From: Rhodobacterales bacterium
GTDB taxonomy: Bacteria; Pseudomonadota; Alphaproteobacteria; Rhodobacterales; Rhodobacteraceae
NCBI GenBank assembly: GCA_031409795.1
Contig: JANNXX010000041.1
Span: 11,210-75,209 of the forward strand
Direction: 5' to 3'
Length of the DNA stretch: 64,000 nt
Position numbers and translations under genes: made by a program. This document shows, piece after piece, positions 46,708 through 55,608 of the stretch (its first letter is position 1; each line of letters starts with the position of its first letter). The notes below the pieces were generated by a model. It was not told the DNA's origin, ran no database searches, and saw only the letters and a list, made by a program, of their open reading frames with translations.

Positions 46708-49442
46708 CCCTGGCCAGCCCCCCCACCCCATCCCTCCCCCACAGCGGGGGGAGGGAGGCGCATCCGTATGGCGGCAGGACGGGCATCCGGTCGACCTGCC
46801 CCTATTGCGGGGTGGGCTGCGGGGTGGTCCTGACGCCGGACGGGACGGGTGGGTTGTCCGTGCAGGGCGACCCCGACCATCCTGCGAATTTCGGGCGGCT
46901 TTGTTCCAAAGGCTCGGCGCTGGGCGAGACGGTCGGCCTGGGCGGGCGGCTGCTGGCCCCCCGCGTCTTCGGGCAGGAGGTGGGCTGGGCGGCGGCGCTG
47001 GACGTGGTGGCCAGACGCTTTGCCAAGACGATTGCCGATCACGGGCCGGATGCGGTGGCGCTTTACGTCTCGGGCCAGTTGCTGACCGAGGATTACTACG
47101 TCGCCAACAAGCTGGCCAAGGGCTTCTGGGGCACCGCGAACATCGACACCAATTCGCGGCTTTGCATGGCCTCGTCGGTTGCGGGGCATCGGCGGGCCTT
47201 CGGGTCGGACACGGTTCCGGGCCTCTATGAGGATCTGGAGCAAGCCGATCTCGTGGTCCTTGTCGGGTCGAACCTGGCCTGGTGCCATCCGGTCCTTTAC
47301 CAGCGCCTTGCTGCCGCCAAGGCCGCCCGGCCCGCGCTGAAGGTGGTCGTCATCGACCCCCGTCGCACCGCCACCTCCGAGATCGCGGACCTGCACCTTG
47401 CCATCGCCCCCGGCGGCGACATCGCCCTTTTCAACGCGCTTCTGGCCCGGATCGAGGCGGGCGGCCATGCTGATCCCGCTTTTCTGGCCCATGTCAGCGG
47501 GGCCGGGGCCGCCTTCGCCGCCGCCCGCGCGACCGATCCAGCCGGATCCGGGATCTCCAGCCCCGACCTGGGCGCGTTTCTTGATCTCTGGACCGGGACG
47601 GAACGGGTCGTCACCGTCTATTCGCAAGGCGTGAACCAGTCCGCGCAGGGCACCGACAATGTCAATGCGATCCTGAACTGCCACCTTGCCACCGGGCGGA
47701 TCGGCCGTCCCGGCATGGGGCCGTTCAGCGTGACGGGCCAGCCGAACGCCATGGGCGGGCGCGAGGTTGGCGGGCTGGCCAACATGCTGGCCTGCCACCT
47801 TGAGATCGAGAACCCGTCGCATCGCCAGGCAGTGCAGGACTTCTGGCAATCGCCTGCGATCCCAGAGAAACCGGGCCTAAAGGCGGTAGACATGTTCCGT
47901 GCTGTCGCCGACGGGCGGATCAAGGCGATCTGGATCATCCACACCAACCCGGTCGTGTCGATGCCCGAGGCTGATCTGGTGGCCCGCGCGCTGCAAGCCT
48001 GCCCCCTTGTCGTGGTGCAGGACATCACTGCCGCGACCGATACCGCCCGGCTGGCCCATATCCTTCTGCCCGCAACCGCCTGGGCCGAAAAATCCGGCAC
48101 TGTCACCAATTCCGAACGCCGGATCAGCCGCCAGCGTGCCGCCCTTCCCGTGCCGGGGCAGGTGCGGGATGACTGGCGCATCCTGGCCGGGGTCGCGGGC
48201 CGCATGGGCTGGGGCGCGGCCTTTGCCTGGGACGGCCCGGCAGAGATCTTTGCCGAACACGCAGCCCTGTCCGGGGTGGCAGGCGGGTTGGGCAGTGATT
48301 TCGACATTTCCGACTACGCGGGGATCGGTCCGGCGGACTATGATGCCTTGCAGCCCTTCCTCTGGCCCGCAAACCCGCGCCAGCGGGGCGGGCGGTTCTT
48401 TGGCGGGGGCCGGTTCCATACCCCGGACGGCAAGGCCCGGATGCTGGCGGTCTCGCCGCCCGCGCCCTCTGCGGACCCAGCGCCGTTCCGGTTGAACACC
48501 GGGCGCATCCGCGACCAGTGGCACACGATGACGCGCAGCGGCAAAAGCCCGCGCCTGTCGGTACATCTGGCCGAACCCTTTCTGGAGCTGCACCCGGCCG
48601 ACGCCGCGCGGCTGACCCTTGCCCCCGCCGATCTGGTCGAGGTGGAAAGCCCGCTTGGCCACGCGATCCTGCGGGTGCTGGTCACCGACCGCGTTGCGCC
48701 GGGACACCCTTTCGCGCCGATGCACTGGACCGGAGAGACCGCACCTTCGGGGCGCATCGACGCGCTGGTCGCGGCCAATCCCGATCCGGTCTCGGGCCAG
48801 CCCGACAGCAAGGCCGCCCCGGTCGCGCTGCGCCGGTTTGCTGCGGGCTGGTTCGGCTTTGCCGTCGCAAGCGCCGATTTCCGCCCCGATTGCGACTATT
48901 GGGCCAAGGCACGCACCGCCGGGGGATGGCGGGCCGAACTGGCCGGGCGCGCCGTGCCGGGGGACTGGGAAGCACAGGCCCGCAGGCTGTTCGGTCTGCC
49001 GAACGCCGAAGCGGCGACCGTGATCGACCGGACCCGGGGCCTGGCCCGGATCGCGTTTCACGCCGAGGGGCGGCTTCTGGCGGCACTGTTCGTCGGACCC
49101 GACCCCGTCGCCCTGGCCCGTGACCAGCTTGCCGCGCGTCTGGCCGGGCAACCGGGCTCGGATGCGCCGCATGAGGCTTTGTCCGGGCGTGCGCGGTCAG
49201 GCCGCCCGGACCCCGGACCTACGGTCTGCGCCTGTCTGAATATCGGGTTGAACACCCTCCGCCAGGCCATCGAAGGCCGCCAGGTGCTGTCCGTCGCCGC
49301 GCTGGGCGAGGCCTTGGGTGCCGGAACCTCTTGCGGGTCCTGCCGACCCGAACTGGCAGCCCTGATCCGGCGGTTCGGGCCGGTCGGGGACCAGCCAGCA
49401 CCAGCCGCGTCGCGCGACCAGTGCGCCGAGCCGCTGCTCTGA
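46704..49442 (+). CDS. nasA: Assimilatory nitrate reductase catalytic subunit (Mo-bisPGD)
   Basis: TCPYCGVGCG...C 4Fe-4S; DTNSRLCM; GQPNAMGGRE; TGRIRDQWHTM; C-terminal BFD-like CAC...CGSC. Confidence 0.95.
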   Translation: MTLASPPTPSLPHSGGREAHPYGGRTGIRSTCPYCGVGCGVVLTPDGTGGLSVQGDPDHPANFGRLCSKGSALGETVGLGGRLLAPRVFGQEVGWAAALDVVARRFAKTIADHGPDAVALYVSGQLLTEDYYVANKLAKGFWGTANIDTNSRLCMASSVAGHRRAFGSDTVPGLYEDLEQADLVVLVGSNLAWCHPVLYQRLAAAKAARPALKVVVIDPRRTATSEIADLHLAIAPGGDIALFNALLARIEAGGHADPAFLAHVSGAGAAFAAARATDPAGSGISSPDLGAFLDLWTGTERVVTVYSQGVNQSAQGTDNVNAILNCHLATGRIGRPGMGPFSVTGQPNAMGGREVGGLANMLACHLEIENPSHRQAVQDFWQSPAIPEKPGLKAVDMFRAVADGRIKAIWIIHTNPVVSMPEADLVARALQACPLVVVQDITAATDTARLAHILLPATAWAEKSGTVTNSERRISRQRAALPVPGQVRDDWRILAGVAGRMGWGAAFAWDGPAEIFAEHAALSGVAGGLGSDFDISDYAGIGPADYDALQPFLWPANPRQRGGRFFGGGRFHTPDGKARMLAVSPPAPSADPAPFRLNTGRIRDQWHTMTRSGKSPRLSVHLAEPFLELHPADAARLTLAPADLVEVESPLGHAILRVLVTDRVAPGHPFAPMHWTGETAPSGRIDALVAANPDPVSGQPDSKAAPVALRRFAAGWFGFAVASADFRPDCDYWAKARTAGGWRAELAGRAVPGDWEAQARRLFGLPNAEAATVIDRTRGLARIAFHAEGRLLAALFVGPDPVALARDQLAARLAGQPGSDAPHEALSGRARSGRPDPGPTVCACLNIGLNTLRQAIEGRQVLSVAALGEALGAGTSCGSCRPELAALIRRFGPVGDQPAPAASRDQCAEPLL
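46718..46759 (+). repeat. REP-like palindrome (family A) in frame inside the nasA N-terminus
   Basis: CCCCCCCACCCCA-TCCCTCCCCC-ACAGCG-GGGGGAGGGA-GGC, encoding PPTPSLPHSGGRE. Confidence 0.8.
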
Positions 49443-49453
49443 CCAGCGGCGCC

Positions 49454-49473
49454 CTGCCTGCCGCAGCAGGCAG
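49454..49473. terminator. Hairpin between convergent nasA and the GcvT-family gene
   Basis: CTGCCTGC-CGCA-GCAGGCAG; no clear U-tract. Confidence 0.4.
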
Positions 49474-49482
49474 TAACCTTGA

Positions 49483-51981
49483 TCAGCCATCCAGCCGGAT
49501 GCGCGCGTTCGTGGGGTCGAAGGGGCTGTCTTCGGTCACGACCGCATCCCATTCCTGCAACTGCATCTTGACCTTGAGCTTCTGCCCCGGTTCCGCAAGG
49601 GCCACCGGGACATAGCCCATGCCGATCTGCTTGCCGAAAGCCACCGAGTACCCGCCAGAGGTCAGGCGCCCGACCTTCACCCCGTCATGGATCAGCGCCT
49701 CCTTGCCCCAGGGGTCGGCGTCCGCCGGGCCGTCGATCAGCAGGGTGACGCATTTGCTGCGGATGCCGGTGTCCAGCATCTTCTGCTTGCCGCGGAAATC
49801 TTTCGTCAGGTCGACGAAGCGGTCAAGCGCGGCTTCCAGCGGCGTCGCATCGCGGCCAAGCTCGTTGCCGAAGGCGCGGTAGGATTTTTCCTGCCGCAGC
49901 CAGTTCTGCGCCCGGGCCCCGACGGGTTTCAGGCCGTGGTCTGCCCCGGCCTTGAGGATGAGGTCCCAGAGGTAGCGCCCGAATTCGATGGGATAGTGCA
50001 GCTCCCAGCCAAGCTCGCCCGTGTAGGCCACGCGGATCGCGCGGACCGGGCACATGCCCAGTTCGATGTCGCGATACGACAGCCAGGGGAAGCGCTTGTT
50101 GGAAAGAACCGTCTCGGGGTCGCGGTCCTTGACGATGTCTTTGAGAAGCGCGCGGGCATTCGGCCCGGCCAGCGCATAGACGCCCCACTGGGTAGTGATG
50201 TCGTGGATGTCGATTGCGCCTTTGCCTGCGGCCATCCAGTCATCGGCGGATTTCTGCAGGAAATCATAGTCATAGGTCGTCCAGGCCCCGGCTGAGATCA
50301 GGTAGTACTCATCCTGCTTCAGCCGGACGATGGTGTATTCGGTGCGGGTGGTGCCGTGGTCGGTCAGGGCATAGGTCAGGTTGATCCGACCGACATTCGG
50401 CAGCTTGTTGCAGGTGAAATGGTCCAGGAACGCCGTCGCCCCCGGCCCCCGGACAAGGTGCTTGGTGAAGGCAGAAGCGTCGATGATGCCGACAGTGTTG
50501 CGCACCGCTTCGGCTTCGGCCTTGGCATAGGGCCACCACGCGCCGCGCCGGAAGCTGCGGGAGTTGTGGTCGAAATCGGCGGGGGCGTCGGTCGGGCCAT
50601 AGTAGTTGGGCCGTTCCCAGCCGTTCACCTGCCCCATCTGCGCGCCAAGGTCTTTCTGTCGGTCATAGGCGGGGGCGGTGCGCAAGGGGCGGCAGGCCTC
50701 ACGCTCTTCGTCCGGGTGGTGCAGGATGAAGACGTGGTCGTAGCATTCCTCATTCTTGCGCGAGGCGTATTCGGTCGTCATCCAGTTGCCGAAGCGCTTG
50801 GGGTCGAGGGAGGCCATGTCAATCTCGGCCTCGCCTTCGGTCATCAGTTGCGCAAGGTAGTGGCCGGTGCCGCCTGCCGCCGTGATGCCGAACGAAAATC
50901 CCTCGGCCAGCCACATGTTGCGCAGGCCGGGGGCGGGGCCAACGAGGGGGTTGCCATCGGGGGTATAGCAGATCGGGCCGTTGTAATCGTCTTTGAGGCC
51001 CACGGTTTCCGAACTGGGCAGGCGGTGGATGAAGGACATGTATTCCTGCTCGATCCGCTCAAGGTCCAGCGGGAAGAGGTCAGCGCGGAAGCTTTCGGGC
51101 ACCTCATAGGGGAAGCGGGCCGGGGCACCTTTTTCGTATGGCCCAAGGATCCAGCCGCCGCGTTCCTCGCGCACATACCACTTGGCATCGGCGTCGCGCA
51201 GGACCGGGTGCTGCGGGTTGGTCTTGCGCCATTCGACAAGGGCGGGGTCGGGTTCGGTCACGATATACTGGTGCTCGACCACCACGGCGGGGGTCTTGAT
51301 CCCCAGCAGCCGCGCGGTGCGCTGGGCGTGGTTGCCGGTGGCGGTGACGACATGTTCGGCGGTGATGTCGAAACGGTCATCGCTGGCGACAAGGTTGCCG
51401 CCCTGTTCCACCATGCGGGTGCAGGAGACGATCCACTCGGATCCGGTCCAGCGGTAGCCGTCGACCTGCACCTTGCGCTCGAAGGTGCAGCCGAACTGCC
51501 GCGCGCCCTTGGCCATCGCCTGCGTCACGTCCGCCGGATTGATGTAGCCGTCCTGCGGGTGATAGAGCGCGCCGATCAGGTCATCGGTGCGCAAAAGCGG
51601 CCAGCGGTCTTTCATTTCCTTCGGCGTCAGAAACTCATGGTAGACCCCGGCGGTTTCCGCGACCGAGGAATACAGCATGTACTCGTCCATCCGCTGCTGA
51701 TGCTGCGCCATCCGCAGGTTGCCGACGACATAGAAACCGGGGTTGAGACCGGTTTCCGCCTCCAGCCCCTTGTAGAAATCGACGCTGTACTTGTGGATGT
51801 GGGTCGTCGCGTAAGACATGTTGAACAAGGGCAACAGCCCCGCCGCGTGCCACGTCGACCCCGCCGTCAGCTCGTCCCGCTCGACCAGCATCGTGTTCCA
51901 GCCCGCCTTGGCCAGATGATAGGCAATCCCTGTGCCGACCGCGCCGCCACCGACAACAAGGGCTTTGACATGGGTTTTCAT
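49483..51981 (-). CDS. GcvT-family FAD-dependent amine dehydrogenase (dimethylglycine/sarcosine dehydrogenase-like)
   Basis: GGGAVG FAD site; GSTWHAAG covalent-FAD His motif; YTPDGNP; GWERP; C-terminal aminomethyltransferase fold (YTGELGWE). Confidence 0.9.
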   Translation of the reverse strand: MKTHVKALVVGGGAVGTGIAYHLAKAGWNTMLVERDELTAGSTWHAAGLLPLFNMSYATTHIHKYSVDFYKGLEAETGLNPGFYVVGNLRMAQHQQRMDEYMLYSSVAETAGVYHEFLTPKEMKDRWPLLRTDDLIGALYHPQDGYINPADVTQAMAKGARQFGCTFERKVQVDGYRWTGSEWIVSCTRMVEQGGNLVASDDRFDITAEHVVTATGNHAQRTARLLGIKTPAVVVEHQYIVTEPDPALVEWRKTNPQHPVLRDADAKWYVREERGGWILGPYEKGAPARFPYEVPESFRADLFPLDLERIEQEYMSFIHRLPSSETVGLKDDYNGPICYTPDGNPLVGPAPGLRNMWLAEGFSFGITAAGGTGHYLAQLMTEGEAEIDMASLDPKRFGNWMTTEYASRKNEECYDHVFILHHPDEEREACRPLRTAPAYDRQKDLGAQMGQVNGWERPNYYGPTDAPADFDHNSRSFRRGAWWPYAKAEAEAVRNTVGIIDASAFTKHLVRGPGATAFLDHFTCNKLPNVGRINLTYALTDHGTTRTEYTIVRLKQDEYYLISAGAWTTYDYDFLQKSADDWMAAGKGAIDIHDITTQWGVYALAGPNARALLKDIVKDRDPETVLSNKRFPWLSYRDIELGMCPVRAIRVAYTGELGWELHYPIEFGRYLWDLILKAGADHGLKPVGARAQNWLRQEKSYRAFGNELGRDATPLEAALDRFVDLTKDFRGKQKMLDTGIRSKCVTLLIDGPADADPWGKEALIHDGVKVGRLTSGGYSVAFGKQIGMGYVPVALAEPGQKLKVKMQLQEWDAVVTEDSPFDPTNARIRLDG

Positions 51982-52120
51982 CTGGGTGACCTCCGGACTG
52001 CGTCAGCCCCTATCTGCCAGAGGTGCTGGAAAGGGGGCAAGTCCACCCGACCTTTGGCGTCAGAAAACGACATGGGGTCGGATTGCGACCATCGAGAACC
52101 GGCGGGCGGACGGGATCGGG

Positions 52121-52735
52121 TCAGCCCCGCAACAGCGCGGCAAGGCTGGCGGTCTGGGCATCGTTCATCCGGTGAAGGTCGGCAAGCTGCATGCTTTCTG
52201 CCTTCACGAACTCGATGAACATCTGGTTCAGCGTGTTGAACACGATCTGGCCGACCACCCCCGGCTTCAGGTCGGGGCGGGCCAGCCGACGCTTCTGCAA
52301 GGCGGCGATCAGGGCACTGACCTGCGCGACCAGCATGGCGTCAAGCTCGGTATAGCGTTGCGAGAACGGCGTGCCCGGCGCCTCGATCGAAAAGGCCATC
52401 GCCTTGCGCCACATCTCTTTCGACAGGTAGTTGAGCGAATGGTCATAATAGAGTCGGATCAGACGGCGCAGGGCCAGTTCCACGTCGGGCGGCGGGGCCT
52501 CGACCACGGCGCGCCCGGCCCCGACCACCTCTTCCACCTCCATCGACACGATGGCCAGCAGTAGGTCGCCCTTTGTTGAGAAATAATTGTAGCAGGTTCC
52601 AGCCGACACTTCGGCGGCGGCGGCGATATCCTCGATCCTGACCGCGTCATAGCCCTGTGCGCGGAACAGGGTTGAGGCCGCCTCAAGAATACGCCTTGTG
52701 CGGTCGGCCTTCTGTCTTTCGCGCAGTCCGGTCAT
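52121..52735 (-). CDS. TetR-family transcriptional regulator
   Basis: ILEAASTLFRAQGY...IEDIAAAAEVSAGTCYNYFSTKGDLL HTH. Confidence 0.92.
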   Translation of the reverse strand: MTGLRERQKADRTRRILEAASTLFRAQGYDAVRIEDIAAAAEVSAGTCYNYFSTKGDLLLAIVSMEVEEVVGAGRAVVEAPPPDVELALRRLIRLYYDHSLNYLSKEMWRKAMAFSIEAPGTPFSQRYTELDAMLVAQVSALIAALQKRRLARPDLKPGVVGQIVFNTLNQMFIEFVKAESMQLADLHRMNDAQTASLAALLRG

Positions 52736-52756
52736 GCTGTTCTCAAATCGCCCATA

Positions 52757-52776
52757 TTTTGATGTTGACTTCAAAA
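52757..52776. promoter_or_regulatory. Possible TetR operator in the divergent promoter
   Basis: TTTTGA-TGTTGACT-TCAAAA dyad in an AT-rich divergent intergenic region, overlapping a TTGACT -35-like hexamer. Confidence 0.4.
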
Positions 52777-52841
52777 ATGAACGAACTCAATCTTTTTGTG
52801 AAGCGCCCGCCAGAGGCCCCCACCCCAACCCGGAGAAGATC

Positions 52842-53891
52842 ATGGCCCAGACCCGCCTTGCTGCCACCTCGCTTGCCCTGCTGCTGACTTCCACCCCCGG
52901 GCTTGCGCAAGAGTTGAACGCCCTTGTGTGGTGCGACCACACCGACCCCGCGCTGACCAAGCCGTTCGAAGAGAAGTTCGGCGTCAAGGTGAACCTGAAG
53001 GAATACGAAGGCACTGCGGCGGGCCTGGCGATCCTGGAGCAGTCGCAGCCCGGGGACTGGGACGTTCTGGTGATCGACGCGGTCGACGTGGGCCGCGCGG
53101 TCGAGGCCGGGCATCTGGCGGAACTGCCGGCGGACAAGCTGCCCACGGCGGATTTCTTTCCGGAGCTGGTGATGGCCGAGAACAACATGGTCGGCGGCAA
53201 GACCTATGCCGTGACGGAAAAATTCGGCTACAACACCATCTCTTACGACAAGTCCAAGGTCGACCCGGCGGATATGGAGGATATGGCCACCTTGACCAGC
53301 GGCAAGTACGACGGGCGGATCGGGATCTACGACTACTACTTGCCGGTCATCGGGCTGGTGGCACTGGGGCAGGGGATCAATACGGCGGACATCTCGGCCG
53401 ACACCCTCGGGTCGCTGAAGGATCCGCTGATGGCCCTGCGCGGCGCGGCCAAGCAGGTGTCGGACGTGGTGTCGGCCCAGACCGCGTTGGCGACGGGCGA
53501 GGTGGATATCATCGTCGGAGGCGGCGAATGGCTGACGGCGGTGCTGGCGGCCGAGAACCCGAACCTCGACTGGACGATCCCGAAGCAGGGCGCCCTGCGC
53601 TGGGCGCAGTCGATCGGCGTGGTGGCCGGGTCGACCCAGCCCGATCTGGCGCTGGAGTTCGTCACCTACATCACCTCGCCCGAGGGGCAGGCGCGGCTGG
53701 CCACATCCTCGTGCTACTGGGGGATGCCGGCGAACGCCAAGGCCGGGGATCTGCTGACGCCGGAACAGAAGGCGGTGCTGCGCTGGGACCAGCAGCCCGA
53801 GTTCCTGGCCCGCGCCCAGCTTTACCCGATCCCGGATGCCGCCCTTGACACCGCAATGCAGGATCTCTGGACCGAGATGCTGGCCCGGTAA
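52842..53891 (+). CDS. Polyamine-type (PotD/PotF family) ABC substrate-binding protein
   Basis: Signal peptide; VWCDH, DWDVLV, KFGYNTISY, EG-like QGALRWAQSIGV. Confidence 0.85.
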   Translation: MAQTRLAATSLALLLTSTPGLAQELNALVWCDHTDPALTKPFEEKFGVKVNLKEYEGTAAGLAILEQSQPGDWDVLVIDAVDVGRAVEAGHLAELPADKLPTADFFPELVMAENNMVGGKTYAVTEKFGYNTISYDKSKVDPADMEDMATLTSGKYDGRIGIYDYYLPVIGLVALGQGINTADISADTLGSLKDPLMALRGAAKQVSDVVSAQTALATGEVDIIVGGGEWLTAVLAAENPNLDWTIPKQGALRWAQSIGVVAGSTQPDLALEFVTYITSPEGQARLATSSCYWGMPANAKAGDLLTPEQKAVLRWDQQPEFLARAQLYPIPDAALDTAMQDLWTEMLAR

Positions 53892-53900
53892 GCCCGCGCG

Positions 53901-54755
53901 ATGTCACTGGCCGGACAAGACCGCCGTCTGGGCTGGGGGCTGATCGCCCCGGCGCTGATCTGGACGGCGGTTTTCTTCCTTCTGCCCTTTCTGGCGATGG
54001 TGGCGCTGTCCTTCGCGTCGATGACCGGGCGGCAGGTGGTGCATGGCTTCGACCCCGGCAACTATGTCCGCATCTTCACCGACCCGACGATGCTGGGCGC
54101 GCTGGTCAACAGCCTGCAGATCACGGCTGTCGTGACCGTGATCTCGGTCATCCTGGCCTACCCGCTGGCCGCGATCATCGCCTTCCGGGTGCCTGCACGC
54201 TGGCAGCGGCTGGCGCTTCTGCTGGCTGTGCTGCCGTTCTGGACGTCCTACGTCGTGCGGTCCTACTCCTGGCTGCTGGTGCTGGGGCAGAACGGGGTGG
54301 TGAACCAGACGCTGCTGGGTCTGGGTGTCATCGCTGAGCCCTTGGAGATCGCCTCGACCCGGGCGGCGACTGTGATCGGCTTCGTGCATTTCTTCGTCAT
54401 GCTGCTGACGCTGACGATCTATGCCAACCTCATCCAGCTGTCGCCGAACTATGCCCGCGCGGCGCAGGACCTTGGGGCCGGTCGCTGGCAGACCTTCGCC
54501 CATGTGATCCTGCCGCTGACCCTGCCGGGGGTGGTGACCGGGGCGTTCCTGACCTTCGTGCTGTGCATCGGCGACTACATCACGCCGCAGATCCTGGGCG
54601 GGAATGCCGAATTGACGCTGCCGCAGCTGATCATGCTGCAACTGGGGCGCAGCGGGAACTTTCCTTTGGCCTCGGCCCTTTCGGTGGTGCTGATGGCGGT
54701 GGTGACGCTGGCCTATGTCGCATCGAGCCGCTGGTTGCGGCTGGACCGGGTATGA
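53901..54755 (+). CDS. ABC transporter permease (PotB-like)
   Basis: LPFWTSYVVRSYSW; AAQDLGAGRWQTF EAA loop; GDYITPQILGG. Confidence 0.9.
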   Translation: MSLAGQDRRLGWGLIAPALIWTAVFFLLPFLAMVALSFASMTGRQVVHGFDPGNYVRIFTDPTMLGALVNSLQITAVVTVISVILAYPLAAIIAFRVPARWQRLALLLAVLPFWTSYVVRSYSWLLVLGQNGVVNQTLLGLGVIAEPLEIASTRAATVIGFVHFFVMLLTLTIYANLIQLSPNYARAAQDLGAGRWQTFAHVILPLTLPGVVTGAFLTFVLCIGDYITPQILGGNAELTLPQLIMLQLGRSGNFPLASALSVVLMAVVTLAYVASSRWLRLDRV

Positions 54756-54761
54756 TGGGGC

Positions 54762-54827
54762 GCTCGTCGATGACTTCGTCACTCCTCGCTGCGGGTGCTC
54801 CGACGAGGAGACGAAGTCGAACGAGGA
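54762..54827. repeat. Long imperfect inverted repeat inserted between permease genes
   Basis: CTCGT..GACTTCGTC.CTCCTCG / CGAGGAG-ACGAAGTC..ACGAG; insert flanked by ATGATG on both sides. Confidence 0.7.
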
Positions 54828-54837
54828 GGCTGTCGCG

Positions 54838-55608
54838 ATGATGCGTGTCCTCTCCTGGGCCTATCTCGGACTCGCCTATTTCTTCGTCTTCCTGCCGGTC
54901 GTCGTGCTGGTGGTGTTCAGCTTTCAGGACGGCCGTCTGCCGGTGCCTCCGTTAAAAGGCTTCACGCTGGACTGGTATGCCAAGGTCATTGGCGACGAAG
55001 CCCTGATGGCGGCGCTGGTGAACTCGCTGGCCGTTGCCGTCGTCTCGTCCGCCGTGGCGCTGGTCCTGGGCTTCCTTGCCGCGCATGCGCTGGCCCGTGT
55101 CCGCTTGCCGGGCTCGGCGCTGCTGCGCGGGGTGCTGATCGCGCCGATGACGGTCAGTTACCTGATCATCGCGCTGGGCCTTCTGACCGTTTTCAATCAG
55201 CTGGGCCTTCGCCCGTCGCTCATGGCCGCCGGGATCGGGCATGTGGTGATCAACCTGCCCCTGTGTTTTGCCATCACCTATGCCGCGATGGGCGACCACC
55301 AGAAATCCGCCGAACGCGCCGCGCGCGATCTGGGCGCGCCGGAATGGAAGGTGCTGGCGCTGGTCTCCGCCCCGATGCTAACCGCCCCCCTTGCCGCCGC
55401 CTTCTTCCTGTCCGTCACCTTCAGCTGGGACGAGTTCATCATCGCCTTCCTGCTGACCCGCTTTGACGTGACCCTGCCGGTCGAGATCTGGTCGATGTTG
55501 AAATCCGGCCTGTCGCCCGCGACCAATGCCGTCGGCGCGCTGGTGTTCCTTGTTTCGGTGGCGCTGGTGATCGTGCTTGAACTGACAGTTTTCCGGAGGG
55601 CAAGATGA
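54838..55608 (+). CDS. ABC transporter permease (PotC-like)
   Basis: SD GAGGAGG; FTLDWY; ERAARDLGA; FSWDEFI; TLPVEIW. Confidence 0.9.
   Translation: MMRVLSWAYLGLAYFFVFLPVVVLVVFSFQDGRLPVPPLKGFTLDWYAKVIGDEALMAALVNSLAVAVVSSAVALVLGFLAAHALARVRLPGSALLRGVLIAPMTVSYLIIALGLLTVFNQLGLRPSLMAAGIGHVVINLPLCFAITYAAMGDHQKSAERAARDLGAPEWKVLALVSAPMLTAPLAAAFFLSVTFSWDEFIIAFLLTRFDVTLPVEIWSMLKSGLSPATNAVGALVFLVSVALVIVLELTVFRRAR

Noticed and set aside
52736-52841. Guanidine or polyamine riboswitch upstream of the ABC-MBL-ureohydrolase operon
   Set aside because: No ykkC, mini-ykkC or other riboswitch-like tandem hairpins are visible; the region looks like a TetR-controlled promoter
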